Source of the DNA: Eledone cirrhosa
Lineage: Eukaryota
Direction of reading: 5' to 3'
DNA: 64,000 bases
NCBI GenBank assembly: GCA_964016885.1
Contig: OZ024740.1
Coordinates: 100,812,001-100,876,000, forward strand
Shown here: piece after piece, positions 55,345 through 64,000 of the stretch
Layout: the number at the start of each line of letters is the position of its first letter
Position numbering within the stretch: the first letter of the stretch is position 1
Notes under the pieces: generated by a model
Told to the model about the DNA's origin: nothing
The model's input: only the letters and a program-made list of their open reading frames with translations
Databases searched by the model: none
Made by a program: the position numbers and the translations under genes

Positions 55345-55400
55345 TATAAGTTATTCTGGGTTCAATCGGGGGTAACCACAGTAAGTAAGGTACTCAATCC

Positions 55401-55455
55401 AGAGCTTCCTGATGATTTCTCATGAATGAAACAGTTCTAGTCCTGTAGAAGCTTT
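55401..55455 (+). ncRNA. Type I hammerhead, family H, in mini fold-back 55340-55468
   Basis: agagcttc-CTGATGA-t-ttc..gaa-t-GAAA-cag..ctg-TA-gaagcttt. Confidence 0.82.
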
Positions 55456-55482
55456 TCTATATTAAATATATATATATAAGTG

Positions 55483-55516
<34 letters not shown>

Positions 55517-55769
55517 AGTGTATATGTATATAGAGATATAGATATATATATAAATATACAAATATGTATATGTGTTTGTGTGGCATGTGTGTTGTATGTA
55601 TAATGTTTAATATAGAACTGTTTCATTGAAAAGAAATCAGGAAACTGTTCTAGTCCTGTAGAAGACATTTCTGTATATTAAATTTGATGTTTACCCCCTA
55701 CTAATATATTGAGTGCCTTTCTGACTGTGGTTACCTTCCTTTGAACTCCATTGAATCCTTACAATTGTT

Positions 55770-56270
55770 TCAATACAGAGTTTTTCTTCTAACACATGTT
55801 TTTATTTTAGTCACCACATCTCTAGAGATGGAGATGTGGCCACTAAAATAGTAACATATCTGTCCTCCCTCTACTTGCTTTTTTATGCAGCTCTTAAATC
55901 TCTTGGGGAATACTAACTTTTTTAAATACATAATAACAGATTGTATATACACTATTCCTCTTGTTTCTGTTATTTTATTATGATTAATATTATTATTTTG
56001 ATTACATTTTACTCTGTGTTTGAAGAAAACATTTCTATTGAATCAAGGATTTAAGAATTTCTTTCTGTTATCTTAATTTGTTTTCATATGTTCTGTGGTA
56101 AAATTGCAACTTTTATTCTACCATTTAAAAGTCTCCTCACTATATTCCTATCTGTATAAACACTGGGCTTAAATCTTCTCAAGCACAATTTCTCTTCAAC
56201 AAACTCTATTTCATCTGATATATTATTATTTAAAAATATTTAGGAAGGAATATATATGTTATTTTTCTCA
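55770..56270 (-). pseudogene. Possible very decayed PLE RT thumb fragment
   Basis: Weak IPFLNI / SVY / FPKRFKSCIK-like remnants next to family H terminal pieces at 55604-55765. Confidence 0.3.
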
Positions 56271-57079
56271 GGTTTCATCATCATCGTTTAACGTCCATCT
56301 TCCACGCTAGGATGGGTTAGATGGGAGTTGTCCCAATTTGAGGCAAGGTTGGTTGGGTGACCATGTCTCGCTCATATAGGACTATCTGGCAGGTTTTCTA
56401 CAGCTGGATTCCCTTCCTAACACCAACCACATTTACAGTGTGGAACTGGGAACTTTTTACCGTGTTACCTACACGGCCACATTACAGCGTGGACTGTGTG
56501 TTTTTTTGTCGTGACACCTACACGATCTCAATCTCGATCTCGATCACATTAGCGCATTTATTTGGACTGGATGTTGTGGTACTAACTTTACAGAGAGAGG
56601 GTGGTGTTGGTGGGAGTGGGAGGATGGAGTAGTGGTAGTCGATTGGGGTATATATATATTTGTGTATGTGGGTGTATGTGTATATATAGTTAAAAGGTGA
56701 AGGAGAAAATGCACAGCAGTATATGTAAAGATCATTTTTTCTTTAAACAGAATGAATAATTTTGTAATTGTTGCATTAAATATAACTGGTTTAAATTGGT
56801 ATAACAATCTTAACTATTAGATATTAAATATCTTTTATAATGTTATTTCATGTATTCTGAGAGCAGTTCAAATATATGTGAGTTTTCTGTCAAACTTTCT
56901 TATATATATATATATATATGTGTGTGTGTGCGTGTATAAATCTACAGATATCTGTGTATTTGTACGTATTTGGTGCATTCTTATAAACACACACACATAT
57001 ACATATATATATATATATAGTTTTAATATAGATGAAATTCTATAGGACTAGAACTGTTTCATTCTTTAGAAATCATCAG

Positions 57080-57132
57080 GAGATTCCTGATGATTTCTAA
57101 AGAATGAAACAGTTCTAGTCCTGTAGAATCTC
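57080..57132 (+). ncRNA. Type I hammerhead, family H, in mini fold-back 57019-57215
   Basis: gagattc-CTGATGA-t-ttct..agaa-t-GAAA-cag..ctg-TA-gaatctc; stem I shows a compensatory change relative to 55401. Confidence 0.85.
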
Positions 57133-57270
57133 ATCTATATTAAAACCTTTATATTCTGCTATGTATTGAGTACCTTACTGTGGTTACCTCCAATTCAACC
57201 TGGAATAACTTACCTGTATATATATATATATAGTTAAATTTTAGACAGGAACAAAAACAGAGAGGCAGTA

Positions 57271-57306
<36 letters not shown>

Positions 57307-57319
57307 TACTGCCTCTCTG

Positions 57320-58714
57320 TTTTTGATATGAAATCGTGTGTCGAAACAAATATTGTTATACTTGGGGAGGGTCATATTTGTGTAATAATATTGCCAGAAT
57401 TAATAACAGAACACTCACTGCTTGGTTGGTTTTCGCTTCTGTGTCTTTTATATCGGTTAATTTAATTTATTCGGTCTTCAATGTTACCATTGACTGACCA
57501 AAGGTCAAAAATGCAGATATAATATAGACACAAACACATATGTATAGTCTAACAAAGTTCTTTCATTCAACATCTGCAACATCGTAAGTGGTGCTATTAT
57601 GTTTCCTCCTGTTGTATTGAATGCCTACGCCATCTTTATTTAGTCTGTTTATTTATTTATTTATTTATTTAGGTTTTTTTTGTCTTCTCTGTGCAAAGTA
57701 GCTAACCAGTGTAGAAAGGCGCTGAGAAAGACCCACTTAAAGATTAAGGTGGTAGAAAATCCAGGAACCACCATAAAATCCCTGATCAGCAAAACCTACC
57801 CTTTTAAGAAAACCCACTGTACTAATAGGAAATGTATTATATGTAAAGTAAACCCCCGGATAAACTGTAAAACTAGAAACGTAGTCTATAGCATAAGATG
57901 TACAGAGGGTACCTGCAGAAACATGACAACAACATACATAGGCGAGACAGCTCGTAGCATAGGTGAAAGGATAGACCAACACTAGGGGGGAACTAAAAGG
58001 ACGAAAAAACGGTTCATTACTATACGAACATGCCAGACAACAACACGACCGTAACATAGACAACATAGAAATTAGAATAATATCTAAACATAGAAATGAC
58101 CCAGCAGATAGGCAAATCAGAGAGGCCAGTGAAATAGAACTTAGAAGGTCAAAGCTAAACAGAAAAAATTAATGGAATAACAACAACACCCAAACAAACA
58201 ATACTGACCTAAGAGAAGTATAAATAAATAAATAAATACATACACAAGTACAATAACAACAAACACATATAAACACACACTAGTAAACTAAGATAGAATA
58301 CAATATCCAATACACAGTCACCCAAATATGAACACACATCAAATACTATACACACACACAAACACATGCGCAGAGAAGACAAAAAAAAAACCAAATAAAT
58401 AAATAAATAAATAAACAGACTAAATAAAGATGGCGTAGGCATACAATACAACAGGAGGAAACATAATAGCACCACTGTCGATGTTGCAGATGTGCAACGA
58501 AAGAACTTTGTTAGACTATATATATGTGTTTGTGTCTATATTATATCTGTATTTTTGACCGTTGGTCAGTCAATGGTAACATTGAGTACCGAATAAATTA
58601 AATTAACCAATATAAAAGACACAGAAGCGAAAACCAAACCAAACAGTGAGTGTATTCTTTTATTAATTCTGGCAATATTATTACACAAATATGACCCTCC
58701 CCAAGTATAACAAT
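57320..58714 (+). mobile_element. 5'-truncated PLE (family B) with ~340-bp inverted arms around a GIY-YIG ORF fragment (57690-58172)
   Basis: CTNRKCIIC..CKTRNVVYSIRC..YIGETARSIGERIDQH; arms about 57350-57693 and 58367-58714. Confidence 0.88.
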
Positions 58715-58757
58715 ATATATATATAATATACATATATATCTGTATATATTGATACAT

Positions 58758-59091
58758 ATCATCATCATCATCATTTTATTTTACGTCCGTTTTCCTTGCT
58801 TGCAAGGGTGGGACGGGAACTGATTCTGGCTTGATTTCTACAGCTGGATGCCCTTCCTAACACCAACCTCATTTACAGTGAGTGCTGGGTGCTTTTTTGC
58901 CGTGGCACCTCCACGACCACTTTGCAGTGGAATGATATGGACCCCAGTCCCTATCATCTCATTTCTACAGCTGAGTAAACTGGAGCAATGTGAAATAAAG
59001 TGTCTTGCTCAAGGAAACAACACATCACCCGGTTTGAGTATTGAACTCACAACCTTTCGATTGCAAGGCCAATGCTCTAACCACTAAGCCA
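58758..59091 (-). mobile_element. SINE family 2 copy
   Basis: Near-identical to 22154-22490. Confidence 0.88.
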
Positions 59092-59114
59092 TTTATATTG
59101 ATACATAGGTATAC

Positions 59115-59278
59115 AGTGGCTTCTGCACAGTTTCCATCTACCAAATTTCATTCACAAGGCATTGGTGAACTAGAATCTATAGAAGTATATACTTGTGCAA
59201 GGTACTGCACAGTGGGAGCAAATCTGAAACCATGTACTGCACAGTGAACTTCTTCACTGCATAAACCTGTCTGTGCCT
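59115..59278 (-). mobile_element. Old tRNA-derived SINE of another family
   Basis: Minus-strand tRNA-like head and ccttgcacaagt CORE-like segment; resembles a common octopus SINE from memory. Confidence 0.55.
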
Positions 59279-60552
59279 ATATATAGATGAATGTATGCTT
59301 ATATAAATGTATATTTGTATGTATGCATGTGTGTGTGTGTGTAGTATGTTGACACACACACATATACATATACACACACAAATGTTCTGGAGTAGAGAAG
59401 CTTACCTACAGTTTACAACACCTAAGGTAGCAAACTATTAAAATATTTCTATTTTGTTTTCTTTCGTTTTTTTTCATGTATCTTGTATTTTTTATTTTTA
59501 TTTTTTATTTTTTGTAAGTGTTGTAATAGCAATAATTAAAATAACAATACTTTCTGAAGATAGAATTTTTCAATAAAATAGAAGCAGCATTATCAAAACA
59601 GAAATATTGCACAAATCCAAGACACACGGATCTATGTTCAGTCTTGTAAACAATAAAGATAACAACAATAATAATAATAAAAGCAACAACAATAATAATA
59701 ATGTTGTTATAACAATAATGACAATAATAAAGAGGAGGGAAGCAATAATAACAATAGCAACAAGAATAATAATGATGATGATAATAATCATGATGAAGAT
59801 GATGTAAAAGATTTTATGCCTGCATTTTTTTTTTAAATAGGCAATTGTGTTATTTAGGAGATAAATTTAAAGAACAATCAAGTCCACATGAAATATTTTC
59901 ATTTTCTTTTCCTTTCATCATTTTTCAGTCATCAGCATTCTCTTAGCATAGCCACATCATCAACTGAAGCAGGTGTACGATATGACTAGGTAGAGAGAGA
60001 AAGATTGAGACTGTTGTCGTCAATCCTTACACATCAGCAGTACTTGCCTGCTACATAGACTGGCTAGCTGCATGCTTTGAACGAAAGAGAAAGAGAGAGT
60101 GTGAGACAGGGAGAGTAGGAGAAATTCAGACAGAGATAAAGTATGAGTATATGTATATAAATATATGTGTGCTTGTGTTTGTGTGTGTGTGTGTCTGAAG
60201 TAACCTACCAAAGTGCCCACATGCAGGCTGATCAGTAGCAACAGCCATGGTGTAGAAGGCTGCAAAACAGAGAGACCAGACCAAAACAGACTTTATTATT
60301 GCATATTAGAAACTAACGGAGGTTAACAAGCCAGTCTGATATCTTGGATTACATACGCAATCACTCAATTAAGAAATCATTATATGTATATAATTGCCTA
60401 TTTCATTATTTCAACATTTTTTTTTTCACATTTTAACTACTTTTTTTAGTTGTATCAAATTTGTTGTTAGTGTTGGTCTATGATAGTGTTGTGTGTTGTT
60501 GGTGGTACTGGTGTTGGTTTCAAAGATTTTCTTTATATTAATTCATTATCAA

Positions 60553-60624
<72 letters not shown>

Positions 60625-62983
60625 GTATGTATATATAATTATTCTTTTCTCTCCCTCTCATCAATTCTGACTCATTTATGTTATTTTTTGACTCAAAGAA
60701 TATATACTTTATAGTATCAAGCAACTCTATAATATTGGCATCCGTAGCTACAACCACGTTTAGCTTCCAAACATACATGCATACCTTCTCATAGCCCCCA
60801 CCCCCCCACTATCTCTGCCTCCCTCCTGCTCTCTGTCTCCTCTCCCCTTCCCTCCCTTCTACTTTCACTTTCACTTTTGAATGTTAGTTTCTCTTCTTAC
60901 TGTTGCTCTCATCTCTCTTTTACCAGACTTTTTACTGGATACACCAAAGTAACAGTAGCGAGAAGTAGACTTTTGATTTTATTGTTATTGTTTTTGTTGT
61001 GGTGGTGGTGGTAGCATTTTGTTGTCCTTGGTGATGGTGGCAGCGACGGTCCATTTTATTTGCTCTTTTGTTGTTATTAAAAATAACAACCTTATATATA
61101 ATTTCATCCAATTGTTATCATCTTTAATTAGAATTTACTTATATATCTGATCCTATTAAACAAAGCATTTTGTTTGTTTCGAGATTTTTAATTTATTTAT
61201 TTCTGTTTTGTTCTTTTTTTTTTGTTAGTGTATACTTTTAGCTATTTTGTATTTAACTTGATAACAATATAAAGTTACCCTAACACTCCCACTATCATAA
61301 AAACAGCAAAGAAAAACAATAAAAAAAAATTTTTTTCTGGAAAATTGTTAAATGCATGTAATTATTTTGAAAAGATATATTAAATAAAAACTTTTTAATT
61401 CTTAAATCTAATTTATTTTCTTTTATATTATTTTTGATTAAAAATTTAACACTCCAATCAAAATTCAAAATCGAACGTATTTTTACATCTGTGAATTTCT
61501 TTATTCTTTATTAATTTATATTTTTTCATCCCCAAGCCCAACTCCAGCCCAAACCCCATAAAATTTAAGGAAAGAATTAAACAAAATGAAAATCGATATT
61601 TCTTTTTATTATTTTAATTTTTGATTCAGTTTTAATGATTATTCTATTTATTTTTCAAAATACTTTTTCAGAATGTCATAATGATAATAGTTATCTTCTA
61701 AGATAGCAGCTAATATCATCTTATCATTCTTCTCCAACTGGACTGAAAGAGAAACAAATATATTTTGAATGACTTTTCTTCCTCGCCTCTTTCAACTTCT
61801 CTCTATTACTCACAAACCCTCTCTCCCCTTCACTCTTTCTTTCTTTCTTACTATCTGTATTTCTCTTCCGATCTCTCTCTTCGTCACTCTGTCACTGTAT
61901 CTCCTCTCTTCTTTCGCTCTCTCTCTCTCTCTCTCAGCCATACTTACTTGGATGATTCTTCATATACACCTCAACCTGTACAACACAACTAATATTGCTT
62001 TCATCACCTATCAGTGTTAATTTTGCTCATGTCTCTACAGTGAAATATCTGTCTTTTAACAATGGTTTTCTACCCTTACCTGTTCATTTTGTTTTCATAA
62101 ATCAAGAATGTCATAATCTGAAAAAAAAAATTACATTATCCTGGAGTAGACAAAAAAAAAAAAAAATTTACAAAAAAAGAAAGAAAAGAAAAAAAAAACA
62201 AAGAAAAAAATACAAAGAAGAGAGATATTACCAAAAAGGCTAAAACATATATATATATATACATATATATATATACACATATATATAATGCACATGAGAC
62301 TTCTACAGACTGGCTTTTGAAAAGTTAGAGCAACACTTAAACAACGGTAAGAATTTTTGTCTTTTAATATCATTATATTATTATTATTATTTTTTATTAT
62401 TATTATAATTGTTATTATTATTATATATACACAGACATAAACACATATTTAGATTGTATTATTGATACAGATTTATGATGTTTATGATCACAAATTTGAC
62501 TTAGTGTAATACGAAGGTTGTTTGTTATTGCTCTATATGATTTTTATATGGGTGTGAAGTGTCATACAAGTATGTGTGTGCACAGACATACACACACTCA
62601 CACGCAAACACACACACATACATATATATGTATATGTTTATGTATATACACTCACATACTCAAAGAGTGCCTGTGGTTTGAAGACCGGAAAGACCACAAA
62701 TCAAGGTAGTGCCCCACTATACCTGATGTGATGCAGTGTGAGTATATTAAAGAGGTGAATCCTGACCGCAAGCCCTACATTTTCCACTTGTTACGTCAAT
62801 CTCTTTCAAGGGTATGTATGTATATACATACATATATGTGTGTGTGCATGCATGTGTGTGTGTGTTCAATTTCTTTATACCATAATACTAAATCATCATG
62901 TAATGAAACAGGTGTGTGCGTATTGTGTATTTATCAGAATTTCACCCATACAGACTCTCACACATACACTCTTTGACTGTCTG

Positions 62984-63062
<79 letters not shown>

Positions 63063-63685
63063 TCTCGCTCTTTATTTATGTATATATATATATATATTAT
63101 ATATATATGCATATATATGTGTGAGTGAGTGTGTGCTTGTGTGTATGCATGTGTATATAGATTGTGATGGCTATTTACATATATACATTCAAATTTGATA
63201 TCTATATATTCATACACACACATGCACATATATGTAATCCCTACTATCATCAGCATCATTATGTCTTTGCAAAAGAAAAGATTCAAAATAATAGTTTTGT
63301 GTCCAGACAGGCTCTCTGGTCTGTGATGACTAATACTATGGGCAAGTGGGCCTGGGTCACAGCAGTAGCAAGAGAGATACCATTATGTGCATGGTGCTGC
63401 TGGGCTACAGATCCTTGTCCGTTTACATTTGTCATTAAGGTAGCCCTGCAAGTAATCTAGGAGGAATTAGTAGATTGGTGAATGCACTGTCACCAGGCCT
63501 TACAATCAAAGGCTATAGTAAACTGCAGGTGAGGGTTAATGTTATATTTATCAAGGATTGTATTCAGAGTGTACTTGTTCCTTTTCTTTGGTGAAGTTTT
63601 CTGAAAATGGAATAGGATGGGTTTGTTACACAAACTTGAGTAGGCAATGGTCTTCCATACTAAATTTACAGACACACACGGATAA

Positions 63686-63725
<40 letters not shown>

Positions 63726-64000
63726 GTAAGCCTATATCCATATGCCTATATTGGCTTTCATCTATATACACCTATACACACACACACACACACACACAGA
63801 AGCACGCGTGCATGCACGCACACACACACATATATATATACACACATATACTTTCTCACACATGTAACGTTATTAATTACTATATCTTACAATAATATCA
63901 GTAGTCCATCTATCCAACTTGTTGAATAATGCCAAAAAACTAATTTTCTATGAAATTTACACGCTCTCCAATCAAATAAAGAAAATGTATTTATAAGACT

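Overview
AT-rich, microsatellite-saturated animal DNA with no convincing host protein-coding gene. The SINE and RTE repertoire resembles octopus/cephalopod repeats; this assignment is an inference. Both flanks (1-22.5 kb, 58.7-64 kb) hold ordinary decayed repeats: tRNA-derived SINEs, RTE LINE pieces, a mariner relic and a GC-rich CRE-type fragment. The centre (about 23-58.7 kb) is a nested pile of Penelope-like element (PLE) 3' fragments with GIY-YIG endonuclease, plus short non-coding elements, almost all bounded by (TA)n tracts. Reading by eye, I find about 35 type I hammerhead ribozyme (HHR) motifs, intact or degenerate, in about 15 unrelated sequence families, several with compensatory stem changes. 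Three non-coding families occur as more-than-unit-length tandems with exactly one HHR per unit (435, 530 and 665 nt), as expected for retrozymes copied from circular RNA. Most insertions are head-to-head fold-backs whose two outward-facing 3' ends are offset by about 55-145 nt. All folds and coordinates were derived manually and need computational confirmation.
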